Positions 1-9,803 of a stretch of DNA of 64,000 nucleotides are shown here, in pieces. Position numbers and translations under genes: made by a program. The first letter of the stretch is position 1. Each line of letters opens with the position of its first letter. Under the pieces are notes generated by a model. It saw nothing but the letters and a program-made list of their open reading frames with translations, was not told the DNA's origin and made no database searches. The stretch spans positions 96,001 through 160,000 of the forward strand of contig JBGARZ010000012.1 in NCBI GenBank assembly GCA_044229975.1. The letters run 5' to 3'. This stretch comes from Polyangiales bacterium (GTDB taxonomy: Bacteria > Myxococcota_A > Polyangia > Polyangiales > Ga0077539).

Positions 1-139
1 GCAGCGAGGTGACCACGTGAAATAGCCCGGAGTGAGCGACTGCACGCACCTGCGATGGGGTCCCGCGAACTCCGGCGCACCGCGGACGACGCCACCGGCC
101 TTGACCCCTCCGTCTCTCTCGTCTCTCCATCCCCACCCG

Positions 140-1438
140 ATGACCCACCGCGCCGATCTCGTCGCCCTCGACAAGCGCCACGTCTGGCACCCGTACACCC
201 CGATGGACCGCTACCTCGCGGAGACCGACCCCCTCGTCGTGGTCTCTGCCGAGGGCGCCTGGCTCACCGACGCCGACGGCCGCCGCTACCTCGACGCCAA
301 CGCCTCGTGGTGGGTCGCCTCGCTCGGTCACCGCCACCCCGCGCTCGTCGCCGCGCTCCGCACGCAGCTCGACTCGCTCGCCCACTGCGCCCTCGCGGGC
401 ATCACCCACGAGCCCGCCGCGCGCCTCGCCGCCGAGCTCACGGCCATCGCCCCGCCGGGCCTCTCGCGCGTCTTCTACTCCGACAACGGCAGCACCGCCG
501 TCGAGGTCGCCATCAAGCTCTGCGGCCAGTACTGGGCGCAAAACGGCCGCCCCGCGCGCACCCGCTTCATCGCGCTCGACGGCGCGTTTCACGGCGAGAC
601 CCTCGGCGCCACCAGCCTCGGCGGCGTCTCCACCTTCACCCGCGTCTACGCCCCGTGGACCTTCGAGGTCCTCCGCCTCCCCCTCGCCGACGACCACACC
701 ACCTGGGCGCAGTGCCTCGACACCATCGCGCGCCTCCTCCGAACGCACGCCGACGAGATCGCGGGCGTGGTCGTCGAGCCCATGGTGCAGGGCGCCGCCG
801 GCATGCGGATGCACCCACCCGAATTCCTCCGCGCGCTGCGTGAGCTCACCCGCGAGGCCGACACCTTCCTCGTGGCCGACGAGGTGTTCACCGGCCTCTG
901 GCGCACCGGTCGTCGCTGGGCCTGCGACTACGCCGACGTCGCGCCCGACGTGCTGTGCCTCGCCAAGTCGCTCTCTGGCGCGATGCTCCCCTTCGCCGCC
1001 ACGCTCACCACCGAGCGCCTCTTCGACGGCTTCCGCGGCGACGACTCGCGCGCCTTCTTCTACGGCCACACCTACTGCGGCAACCCCCTCGGCGCCGCCG
1101 TCGCCCGCGCCGCGCTCGCGGTCTACCGCGACGAGGACATACCCGTTCAGGTAAGCCGCAGCGCCCCACGCATCGCCGAGACCTTCGCGCGCCTGGGCTC
1201 GCTCCCCGGCGTCGTCCGAACGCGCTCCCTCGGCATGATCGGCGCGCTCGATCTTGGTGGCGACGGGTACCTGGCGCGCACCGGGTGGAGGGTGTTCGAG
1301 GAGGCGCGGGCGCGCGGCATCTACCTGCGCCCGATGGGCGACACGGTGTACGTGACGCCGCCGCTCAACATCCCCGACGGGGATCTCACGACGTTGTTGG
1401 AGGGAGTGGAGGAGAGCGTGCGGGCGGCGCTGACGTAG
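140..1438 (+). CDS. bioA: adenosylmethionine-8-amino-7-oxononanoate aminotransferase
   Basis: Class III PLP aminotransferase motifs: WHPYT, SWWVASLGH, SDNGSTAVEVAIK, FHGETLG, VADEVFTG..RTG, LCLAKSL, YGHTYCGNP. Start moved from 32 to the in-frame ATG at 140 (MTHRADL). Confidence 0.93.
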   Translation: MTHRADLVALDKRHVWHPYTPMDRYLAETDPLVVVSAEGAWLTDADGRRYLDANASWWVASLGHRHPALVAALRTQLDSLAHCALAGITHEPAARLAAELTAIAPPGLSRVFYSDNGSTAVEVAIKLCGQYWAQNGRPARTRFIALDGAFHGETLGATSLGGVSTFTRVYAPWTFEVLRLPLADDHTTWAQCLDTIARLLRTHADEIAGVVVEPMVQGAAGMRMHPPEFLRALRELTREADTFLVADEVFTGLWRTGRRWACDYADVAPDVLCLAKSLSGAMLPFAATLTTERLFDGFRGDDSRAFFYGHTYCGNPLGAAVARAALAVYRDEDIPVQVSRSAPRIAETFARLGSLPGVVRTRSLGMIGALDLGGDGYLARTGWRVFEEARARGIYLRPMGDTVYVTPPLNIPDGDLTTLLEGVEESVRAALT

Positions 1439-1440
1439 CG

Positions 1441-1470
1441 CTCACCCGCCGAGGGGAGGCGGGGGTTGAG
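1441..1470. terminator. GC-rich hairpin between convergent bioA and rpmG
   Basis: CTCACCCGCC ... GGCGGGGGTTGAG imperfect inverted repeat between two convergent stop codons; no U-tract. Confidence 0.4.
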
Positions 1471-1474
1471 ACGA

Positions 1475-1648
1475 TCAGCCCTGCTTCTTCGGGTTGGGCA
1501 TCTTCATCTCGGTGAAGAGCACGTGCTTGCGCACGACCGGGTCGTACTTCTTGAACTCCAGCTTGCTGGTGGTCGTGCGCTTGTTCTTGTTGGTGTAGTA
1601 GGTGAAGCCCGTTCCAGCAGACGACACCAGACGAATCATGTCACGCAT
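1475..1648 (-). CDS. rpmG: 50S ribosomal protein L33 (Cys-less form)
   Basis: Read by hand, absent from the ORF track (57 aa): [65 protein letters not shown] upstream. Confidence 0.96.
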   Translation of the reverse strand: MRDMIRLVSSAGTGFTYYTNKNKRTTTSKLEFKKYDPVVRKHVLFTEMKMPNPKKQG

Positions 1649-1748
1649 CGGAGTCCTCGAAGTTCAACGAAGCGCCGGCACTGGCTGGCGCTGAGGGGCC
1701 GCGAACCTACACGAGCCCGACGGGATTGCAACTCCCGCGACACCCACC

Positions 1749-2891
1749 ATGAGCGCCTCCCCCAAGACCTCTCGCGCGCTCGCCGTCCTCGCCTTCGTCG
1801 CCGTCCTCGCGCTCGTCCTCCGGCTCACCCGCTCCTCGACTCCCACGACCACGCCCGCGGTCGACGTCCTTACCCGGAGGGACGCGCCCGCTACGCCCGC
1901 GGTCGACGTCCTTACCCGGAGGGACGCGCCCGCTACGCCCTCAGTCATCGTTCCCATCCCGCGCCCTTCTCCTCCGCGCGACGCTTCCGTCGCCGCGCCC
2001 GTCGCCGCGAGCGCCCCCCGCGAGATCCTCCGCGGCCCATGGGGCAGCGGCCCTGGCCAGTTTGGTCACCGCCCCGCCAACGAGAGCAGCCTCGAAGCCC
2101 CGATGTCCTTCTCGATCACGCCCGACGGCGAGGTCACCGTGCTCGACCAGGTCAACCGCCGCGTCCAGCGCTTCCGCGACGGTCGCTTCGTCGGCAGCAC
2201 CGCGCTCCCCAACGAGGCCGCGCAGGACATCGCCGCCACCCGCGACGGCCGCACCGTCGTGCTCGACCGCCTCGGTGATCCCTCCGTCACGCTCTACGAC
2301 AGCGCCGGTCGCGCCACGCGCACCGTCCCCCTCGTCGGCGGCGCCATCACCGAGGGCGGCGCCGTCACGGGCCTCTTCGCCGACGCCGAGGGTGTCTACG
2401 TCGAGCGTGAGCACCGCGAGCTCGTCCGCCTCACCGACGCGCGCGGCGAGCCCGACCCCGCGCGCACCACCCTGTGGGGTCGTCCTACCCGCGACGGCCT
2501 CTCGCTCCTGCGCGCCAGCATCGCCGACCGCGCCCGCGGCGCCGTCACCGTGAGCGCCGCCTCCCGCGCCAACGGCGCCATGGACTGGTCGTCCACCGTC
2601 GCGCTCGACGGTGCTGTGCTGCACCTCCTCCTCCTCGATGGCGACCGCCGCGGCCGCGTCTACCTGGGCGCGGTCGTCGGCGTCGCAAACGCCGGCTCCA
2701 TCACCGACCCTCACGTCACCGTCGTCCGCCTCGACCGCGCCGGAACGCCCGAAGCCACGCTGCGCCTCCCTGCTCCCCCGGAGGCCGACGAGCTCTTCCG
2801 ACCGCTCGCCATCAACGACGACGGTCACGTCTTCGCGATGGTCCCCGGCCCCGACGGCCTGTCGCTGGTGGAATACACCTTCGCCGACTGA
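1749..2891 (+). CDS. membrane-anchored/secreted protein with NHL/beta-propeller-like repeats
   Basis: N-terminal hydrophobic helix; WGSGPGQFG and PMSFSITPDGEVTVLDQVNRRVQRF resemble an NHL repeat; host-like codon usage. Confidence 0.7.
   Translation: MSASPKTSRALAVLAFVAVLALVLRLTRSSTPTTTPAVDVLTRRDAPATPAVDVLTRRDAPATPSVIVPIPRPSPPRDASVAAPVAASAPREILRGPWGSGPGQFGHRPANESSLEAPMSFSITPDGEVTVLDQVNRRVQRFRDGRFVGSTALPNEAAQDIAATRDGRTVVLDRLGDPSVTLYDSAGRATRTVPLVGGAITEGGAVTGLFADAEGVYVEREHRELVRLTDARGEPDPARTTLWGRPTRDGLSLLRASIADRARGAVTVSAASRANGAMDWSSTVALDGAVLHLLLLDGDRRGRVYLGAVVGVANAGSITDPHVTVVRLDRAGTPEATLRLPAPPEADELFRPLAINDDGHVFAMVPGPDGLSLVEYTFAD
1851..1940 (+). repeat. perfect 42-bp tandem duplication inside a CDS
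   Basis: ACGCCCGCGGTCGACGTCCTTACCCGGAGGGACGCGCCCGCT occurs twice (1851-1892, 1893-1934), encoding TPAVDVLTRRDAPA twice. Confidence 0.9.
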
Positions 2892-2924
2892 CCGTTGTCG
2901 GCGCCCCTGGGCTATCGTCGCGCG

Positions 2925-3968
2925 ATGCGCTCGCCGCCCGTCTCGTGGAGCCTCGCCTTCGTGGTCGCCGCCGTCGCCGCCTGCGGAACCGAAGAGCCCA
3001 CCATCGACACCTTCGTCGACGACGTCCCTCGCGCGACCGACCGACCGCGCACCGCGACCGACGTCCCCCGCGCGACCACCGACGCGGGCACTCTGCGCGC
3101 TGATGTTCCTGCCACCGATGTCCCGCCCTTGGTGGCGATGGATGCCGGGCTTCCCGACGACGACCTCACGCCCGACCTCACGCCCGACGGTGGCGCGCCG
3201 AGCGTCGACGTCGAGCCCGCGATGCCCACCATGGGCGCGACGATGCGGGTGACGGCCACGTCGCTCAACCTCCGCAGCGGCGTCGGAACCTCCAACGCCA
3301 TCCTCACCTCCATGTCCTGCGGCACCACCGTGACGGTGCTCGGCGGCCCCACGACCGGTTGGTACAACGTCCGCGCGGGCGCCTTCACCGGCTGGGCTTC
3401 GGGCGCCTACCTCGTCGCCTCCGCGGCCTTCGACCCTACCGTCTGCGGCGACGCCCCGACGCCCACCATGGACGCCGGAACCACCGCTCCGACAACGCCC
3501 CCCGAGGTGTCGCAGATCTTCACGCTGGCGCGCTCGGCGGTGGGCTACTCGTACTACTGGGGCCACGGCTCGTGGCGCACCGACGGCAGCGACCACGGGT
3601 CGTGCTCGGGGAGCTGCCCGAGCTGCTCCCATACGGGTCGGTACGGGGCGGACTGCTCGGGCTTCGTGGCGAAGGTCTGGCAGATCCCGTCGGCGTCGGC
3701 GGTGACCACCGACCTGCACCCGTACTCCACGTACAACTTCGTCAACAGCACCACGCGCTGGTCGCGGGTCTCGCGCGACGCGATCCGACCCGGCGACGCG
3801 CTCACGTACAACACCAACGGCGCGGGTCACATCGTGCTGTTCGAGTCGGGCTCCGACCCGTGGGGCAGCGTGTGGACCTACGAGGCCCGCGGCTGCGCCA
3901 CCGGCATCGTGCACAACCTCCGCACGGCGGGCTCGGCGTACGTCACCATCCGCCGCGAAGGTCTCTGA
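2925..3968 (+). CDS. lipoprotein with SH3b domain and NlpC/P60-like cysteine peptidase (putative cell-wall hydrolase)
   Basis: Lipobox AVAAC; SH3b LNLRSGVGT...GWYNV...GWASGAYL; NlpC/P60-like YSYYWG...DCSGFVAKVW...PGDAL...GHIVLF. Confidence 0.8.
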   Translation: MRSPPVSWSLAFVVAAVAACGTEEPTIDTFVDDVPRATDRPRTATDVPRATTDAGTLRADVPATDVPPLVAMDAGLPDDDLTPDLTPDGGAPSVDVEPAMPTMGATMRVTATSLNLRSGVGTSNAILTSMSCGTTVTVLGGPTTGWYNVRAGAFTGWASGAYLVASAAFDPTVCGDAPTPTMDAGTTAPTTPPEVSQIFTLARSAVGYSYYWGHGSWRTDGSDHGSCSGSCPSCSHTGRYGADCSGFVAKVWQIPSASAVTTDLHPYSTYNFVNSTTRWSRVSRDAIRPGDALTYNTNGAGHIVLFESGSDPWGSVWTYEARGCATGIVHNLRTAGSAYVTIRREGL

Positions 3969-4004
3969 CCGCTCCGCGTCTCTTCCCATCGCAGGAACTT
4001 CCTT

Positions 4005-5120
4005 ATGACCCCCAACGCTCGCCATCTCGCCCTCCTCGTCCTGCTACCGCTCTCCCTCGGCTGTGGCGCCCGCGCCATCAGCGGCGGCAACGTCCCCGTC
4101 GACACCGACGCGGGCGTCATCGACGTAGTGCGCGGCGGCGGCTCCGACGCGGCCGTCTTCCCCGTCGACACGCTCGTCGCCCCCACCGACCGCGGCGTCG
4201 TCACCTTCGACATCATCCCGCTCCCCCGCGACGTGGTCACCGATCGTGGCATCGGTCGCACCGAGGCCGCCGTGGCGGGGCGCACCTCCGTCGTCGCGGG
4301 TCGACGCTGCACCGACGACTCGATGTGCGCGAGTGATACCGCCGACCTCTCGTGCCTCCCGCTGCCCGGCGGCAGCATCTGCTCCGGCCCCGAGCTGTGC
4401 GAGCAGGGAACCACTGCCAACGAAGAAGCCCAGTGCGGCGGTCGCTTCTCGACCTGCCTCGTCGTCGGCAATTTCGCGGGCGGCGGTCAGGCGAGCTTCT
4501 GCACTCGCGCGTGCGTTCCGACGGCCACCACCGAAGCGACCGGCGCATGCGCCACGGGCACCATCTGCACCACCAACTGGCTCCAGCTCACGGCGGGTCA
4601 GACCGAAAGCCCCGGGTGTCTGCCGCACTGCACGCGCGACGCCGACTGCGTCGGTGTCGAAGGCGAGGAAGGCCCGCTCGACCGCTGCAACGTCCGCACG
4701 GGCCGCTGCGGAACCGCTCCCGCCGACCTCACGCGACTCGCCGACGGCCTGCCGTGCGACCCGCAGGAGGCGCAGCGCACCATGGTGAGCCCGTGCCGCG
4801 GCGTGTGCTTCGCGCTGAGCGCGACGGCGCTGACGCAAGGACTCTGCGGGTCGTTCGTCGACCTGCGCACCGCGACGGGCTGCGCGGACGACCCCAGCAT
4901 CGAGCCGCGCGCCCCGACGGGCGATCACCTCGGCATCTGCATCTTCCGCCAGTGCGAAAACAACGCGCAGTGCCCGACGGGGCTGCTGTGCGCGTTCCGC
5001 GAAGACGCCTCGGGCATCCGCACCGACGTCCCGGCGACCTGCGCCTACGCGACGGCCCTGCAACCGATGGGCATCCCCGCGCCGGGCGCCGACGGCGGCG
5101 TGCCGCCGACTGACTCGTAG
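4005..5120 (+). CDS. cysteine-rich lipoprotein, function unknown
   Basis: Lipobox LSLGC; many Cys-rich modules (CTDDSMC, CTRDADC, CENNAQC). Confidence 0.75.
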   Translation: MTPNARHLALLVLLPLSLGCGARAISGGNVPVDTDAGVIDVVRGGGSDAAVFPVDTLVAPTDRGVVTFDIIPLPRDVVTDRGIGRTEAAVAGRTSVVAGRRCTDDSMCASDTADLSCLPLPGGSICSGPELCEQGTTANEEAQCGGRFSTCLVVGNFAGGGQASFCTRACVPTATTEATGACATGTICTTNWLQLTAGQTESPGCLPHCTRDADCVGVEGEEGPLDRCNVRTGRCGTAPADLTRLADGLPCDPQEAQRTMVSPCRGVCFALSATALTQGLCGSFVDLRTATGCADDPSIEPRAPTGDHLGICIFRQCENNAQCPTGLLCAFREDASGIRTDVPATCAYATALQPMGIPAPGADGGVPPTDS

Positions 5121-5296
5121 TCGATCGCCCTTCTTCACGACGTCATCGGGCCTGATCGTGCACCGCAGCAACAGGCCCCCGGCGAGGAGCTCAACGTCCT
5201 CAACGGCACGGGCCCGAGCTTCTTCGGGTACCCGCTGTGTTGTAGCGAGGGCGCCGCGTCGGTCACAGCCACGCCGCGCCCGCCGTTGGACGGGCG

Positions 5297-6343
5297 GTGC
5301 GCACCTCGCTTCGTACGGTCGTCGTCCTGTCGTTGCTGTCGCTCGTCCCGCGCGTCGCTCGTGCGTGCGACGCGGCCGACCACGAACGGGCCCTCCGCGC
5401 CGAGCACGCCCACCGGCCCGGCCGAGGCGAGCCAGTGGTACGACGCGCTCGCGCGGGGGTTTCCAGCGCGGTCGCAGTGGCGGGTGCAGTCGCGGGCGCT
5501 GGTGGGGCTCGGCCGCGCGTACGAGGCGCTGGGCGACCTCAGGAGCGCGGCGCGGAGCTGGGAGGCGGCCGACGCACGATGGCCGGTCGCGTTCGAGGCG
5601 CTGGGGATGGTGGACCCTCGCGCGGAGCGGCGACGCGAGGCCGAGCGCGCGCGGGCGGAGGAGCGCGAGGCGCGCCGACGATGGCGGCATAGCCACCGGG
5701 GCATGGTCTCGCCCTTCGGCGAGATGACCGAGTCAGGCGTCGACCACACCAACGCCAACGGGAACATCGCGGACGACGACGGGCACCTCCGGTTGGCGGC
5801 CTTCGCAGAGGCACAGTTCCGACTGGCACGGCGGGCCTCCGACGCGTGGCTGCGACGCAACGATCTGGCGCCCGCCCCGACCACAGTCGTCGAGTACGAC
5901 CGCTGGGTGGAAGCGAGTCTCACGCCGTGGCTCCGGCGCCGAACGGCCTGCGTGGACGACCTCGCGGTCCGCCTGGCGGACGTGGCCAACCTGCACGTCC
6001 CGCATTGGGAAGTCGCCGCGGTCGCGATGCTCGCGCACCTCTACTTCGGCGTCGCGCAAGGCATCCGCGCGACGCCACATCGGCCCGGCTGGAGTCAGGA
6101 CTTCGAAGATGCCTACCGCGAACGCAACGTGATGTGAGCTTGGGGATAGAGTCGGCGCCGATGCAGAAGGCCGACCGCTACCGCGAGGCTGCGACACCGG
6201 ACGACCGCTGGCGGCTCGTGTGGTCGCGCGGCGTACGAGCAGCTCTGCAAGACCGAGACGGCGAGGGTGCAGTTCGGCCGCTTCGAGCGGGCCGTCTATC
6301 GGATCCGGGCGAAGTGACGCGGTCCGGCCGCCCGCCGCTCTAG
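5297..6343 (+). pseudogene. frameshifted secreted TPR-like protein
   Basis: Signal peptide in the 5297 frame (VRTSLRTVVVLSLLSLVPRVARA); TPR-like body in the 5286 frame (RALVGLGRAYEALGDLRSAARSW) joined by an apparent extra C near 5417-5419; a second apparent shift near 6130 into the frame ending at 6343. Confidence 0.5.
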
Positions 6344-6506
6344 TAGCGAACGTGCTCAATGCCCTCCTCGATGAGGTGCATCTCGGTGCCGTTCCACGAC
6401 CAGAGGTTCTCGACCTGCAACCCGCAGCGCGGTGCCCACAGCGTGCCGTTGACGTGATTCAGGTACGCGGCCGTCGGCCGAACCATCGCCTGCTGACCCC
6501 GCGCGA

Positions 6507-7028
6507 TCACTGCACGACGACGCTGACCTCGCCCTGCCGCTGCGGCGACACCACCGAGCCGTCGTTGTAGCGAAGCTCCAGCCTGATGCGGTGCGGTCCC
6601 GGCGTGAGGAGCGCTGCGGCGTTGCCCAGGGTTCCGTCGGGCACGCGGAAGGGGTTCACGTCGTCGGGGCGCGCCGTGGCCTCCGCGACGGGACCGTTCG
6701 CATCGACGAACGCGACGACCCTCCCGACGCCTGCCACGCGCGTGCTGCCCTCACCGAGCTGGAACGACACCGGCGTCGGGCCGGTCGAGTCCATCCCGCT
6801 CACGGAGAAGCGCACGTCGACGGATTGCCCTGCGGACAACGTCTGGTTCGACGCGGGCGAGAGGATCAGGACGCTGGGCGCGGGGACATCCGGGACATCC
6901 GGGACGGCGGGGGTCGGCGACCCGCTACACTGGACGACCAGCACAGCGATTCCGAAGAGACCCGATCGGTGGAGAGCTGGCGACATGGAACAACCTCGCG
7001 AGAGCAGCGACCGTACATCCGGCCGCAC
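6507..7028 (-). CDS. hypothetical exported/lipoprotein with Ig-like domain
   Basis: Hydrophobic stretch plus VVQC, PDV linker, then VLILSPASNQTL...GPHRIRLELRYNDGS; true start may be the internal Met (MSPALHR). Confidence 0.6.
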   Translation of the reverse strand: MRPDVRSLLSRGCSMSPALHRSGLFGIAVLVVQCSGSPTPAVPDVPDVPAPSVLILSPASNQTLSAGQSVDVRFSVSGMDSTGPTPVSFQLGEGSTRVAGVGRVVAFVDANGPVAEATARPDDVNPFRVPDGTLGNAAALLTPGPHRIRLELRYNDGSVVSPQRQGEVSVVVQ

Positions 7029-7253
7029 GGACGGCGCGCGAATTCATTAGCGCGCGTTTGCGGCGTGGAGAGGAGATGCCCGCCGACCTGTCCCCGATGG
7101 CGGGAGAGTGGAAGGCGCGGGCCGACGACCTCGCGGCCTGCGACCTCACCGAAGCCGACCTCGTGCCGTGAGATCGAACTACTCGCAGTGCCTGATGGGG
7201 CTGCTGTGTACGTTCCCCGAGGACGGCGGCGTGCTACCGGATCGACCGGAGGG

Positions 7254-7460
7254 TCAGCCGCGCTCTGCGATCACAGCGTCGGCGTGGAACTTCTTCAGCA
7301 GCGCGTTGCGGTCCCGGCTGGCGACGAGCCGATCGAGTTCGTCCCGCCCAAGCAGCACGACGAGGCTGTCGCCCGAGCGTCGCGTCCACGCCTCGACCTT
7401 CACGGTGTCGAGCAACGAGAACTGAAGGTGCGACAGAAATGGCGAGCTGACGCTCACCAT
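7254..7460 (-). pseudogene. C-terminal fragment of an unknown protein (weakly restriction-endonuclease-like)
   Basis: Coding-like stretch TVKVEAWTRRSGDSLVVLLGRDELDRLVASRDRNALLKKFHADAVIAERG without a convincing N-terminus. Confidence 0.25.
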
Positions 7461-7596
7461 GGGTGGACCAGCTTCTGGGGGCAGGGCCCATCGGGCACCT
7501 TCGTCGGCACGGATCAGCCCGAGTGGACTGATCGCCCGCTACCCACGGCTCCAAGGCAGTGTCGGGAGATTGTGCGACGTTGCCCTGCCAAGTTGC

Positions 7597-9591
7597 CTAT
7601 CGAACCGGCCCCGTGATCCCGTAGAACATCGAACCACCAAGCTGTCCTCTATCGTCACTTCCTACACAATAGGCACTACCGTCGGCCCGGAGCACGCAGA
7701 GATGCTCGAGGCCGCCGACGAGGCCGACGGCGTCGTGGACGGCGAGGGAGGTGGGCGGGCCATCACCGAAGCACGCGACGCCTCCACTGCGCCGCCGAAC
7801 ACAGGCGAACCGACCTCCCCTCAACGAAGCGACCGCGATGTCGACGGCGTCCTCGAAGACCGCGACGTCCCGCGCGACAAGTGGCGCTCCGACGCTGCCG
7901 TCTTCAGCCCAGTCCCAGCAGGCCACATGTCCCGTAGCCTGCAAAGCGCACCCGAGGTTGCGTCTTCCTGTAGTCCTGATGCCGACGTCGATGTCGATCG
8001 CGTCGGCGACGTTCGAAACCCGTCGCTGCCACCGGGAGTACCTCGACCAGCAAGAGACGGTGCCCGTCGCGCGCCGCACGCACGAACCGGCGATCTGGAC
8101 GGCATCCGTGAAATTCGGAAGGTCCTGCTCGGGGCGGAGGACCGACTCACCGTCCCAACATCGCACGGCCCCGCCGCGTCGCCTCGCGCAGATCCAGGTC
8201 GATGAATCCCAATAGGTGGTGGCCAATTCGACCGCGTCGGACAGGCCCACGACCGGCGTTCCATCACAGATCGCACCTCCCGGCGAACGGATGACGCAGG
8301 GCGTGTTGTCGTGCCGCCAGGCGATCGAGGTCGCGTCCCGTGCCACGGACACCACGCGCGCGGTGCGACCCCTCGGATCGTGGTTGCGGGACTCATCGAA
8401 GGACTCCAATGCCTGCCCGACGCAGATCATCTCGCCCGTAGGCCGCCGACCGCAGGTGACCCGCGCCCCGAGAAACAGCGCCTCCATGGGCACATTGAAT
8501 GGAACCCTGAGCTCTGCGGGAAGGTCGACACCGAGACCATACTGATACCCCCAACACACGACCCGGCCCATGTCGATAATCGCGCAGGTCGACGACGGGA
8601 CACTCGCGAGTCGGGTCAACCCCGGCAGCGAGAATGGCTCCTCCGTATTGGGGTATCTGCCCGGCCCGAACAGTTCCCCCCGCCTTCGGGAGACGCAGTT
8701 GATCGGCCCATCACCCACGTGAGTGCAGACGAGGCCGTTCATTGGTGCGATCTCGATATCGTGAGGTGTGACAACCTCTGTTGGATTTCGCCCTACCTCC
8801 CAACAGACCACGTTGCCCGCCGCGCGGCGCGCGCAAAACGAACCGTCGCTCCGGTCGACGCGAAGCTCGACGGCGTCCGAGACGCCCGCGGCGCGGAATG
8901 GGTCACGTCTGAATCCAAGCTCCCAACAGAACACCTCGCCAGACAGCACACGAGCACAACCGATGGATCCACCGCGAATCTCGACGACGGCGGTGAGTCC
9001 CGAGATCTGCATGGGCGATTCGGTGGTAGGATAGGTATTCCAACACCAGACGGTTCTGTCACGTCGAAGCGCACACGCGTACGAAGGCCCTGTGGTGATC
9101 TGCAAAGCGTCATCGATAAGAGGCATGTCATGTAGACGCAACGGGGGCACGGGAGACAAGAAGTCTTCGCGATTGACGCAAGCGACCACCCCCGATGATC
9201 GACGCACGCACAGCGTTTCTCCGACACCGATCTCCACCGCGCTGCCGACGGGGAGAACCTCGATGGCCTGCGAGCTCGGCACGACCGGCATGGAGGCCGT
9301 CCGTTGAGCGTCGATGAAGGCGCCGCTCCAACACACCACGCTGCCATCCTCTCGCAGCGCACAAGTGTCATTGTAGAGGGAATCGACCTGGATCACACGA
9401 TCCAGCGTCATAGTAGGCAGGGCGAACTCTGCTGACCTCGCGGAGGGATCCTCAGCCGAGTCGATGGGAGGCGTTGGGGCGTCGCATGCGGAAGCCAGAA
9501 GACCTGCTGCGAGGGTTCGCAGACCGTGTCGCCGTAGTGCTTCGGCAACGCGCGTCCCATCACGAACGCTGCTCGCGTGATCGCTCTTCAC
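7597..9591 (-). CDS. RCC1/BLIP-II-like repeat lipoprotein
   Basis: Repeated C-A-x-R-x-x-G-x-V-x-C-W units (TCALREDGSVVCW, ACALRRDRTVWCW, LCVLRADGSAYCVG, GQLG); lipobox-like LASAC; visibly more A/T-rich than the flanks. Start uncertain. Confidence 0.8.
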   Translation of the reverse strand: MKSDHASSVRDGTRVAEALRRHGLRTLAAGLLASACDAPTPPIDSAEDPSARSAEFALPTMTLDRVIQVDSLYNDTCALREDGSVVCWSGAFIDAQRTASMPVVPSSQAIEVLPVGSAVEIGVGETLCVRRSSGVVACVNREDFLSPVPPLRLHDMPLIDDALQITTGPSYACALRRDRTVWCWNTYPTTESPMQISGLTAVVEIRGGSIGCARVLSGEVFCWELGFRRDPFRAAGVSDAVELRVDRSDGSFCARRAAGNVVCWEVGRNPTEVVTPHDIEIAPMNGLVCTHVGDGPINCVSRRRGELFGPGRYPNTEEPFSLPGLTRLASVPSSTCAIIDMGRVVCWGYQYGLGVDLPAELRVPFNVPMEALFLGARVTCGRRPTGEMICVGQALESFDESRNHDPRGRTARVVSVARDATSIAWRHDNTPCVIRSPGGAICDGTPVVGLSDAVELATTYWDSSTWICARRRGGAVRCWDGESVLRPEQDLPNFTDAVQIAGSCVRRATGTVSCWSRYSRWQRRVSNVADAIDIDVGIRTTGRRNLGCALQATGHVACWDWAEDGSVGAPLVARDVAVFEDAVDIAVASLRGGRFACVRRRSGGVACFGDGPPTSLAVHDAVGLVGGLEHLCVLRADGSAYCVGSDDRGQLGGSMFYGITGPVR

Positions 9592-9803
9592 GAACGCACG
9601 GTAGCTCTCCTGTCCGACGGTGGGGAGGGCGTCACAGCAAACGCGTTGACGCCCCTCCGACGGGCCGCCGGGTGTGGTTGTGCGATCGTGCCAGGTGGAG
9701 GTGGCGGTGCTCTGAACGACCGCCGGGCCGTCGCGCAGTCGATCGCCCCCCGTCGCGCCCGTGATAGAACCCGCGTCGCCCGCTCAGGGCCACGACGGAG
9801 GCG

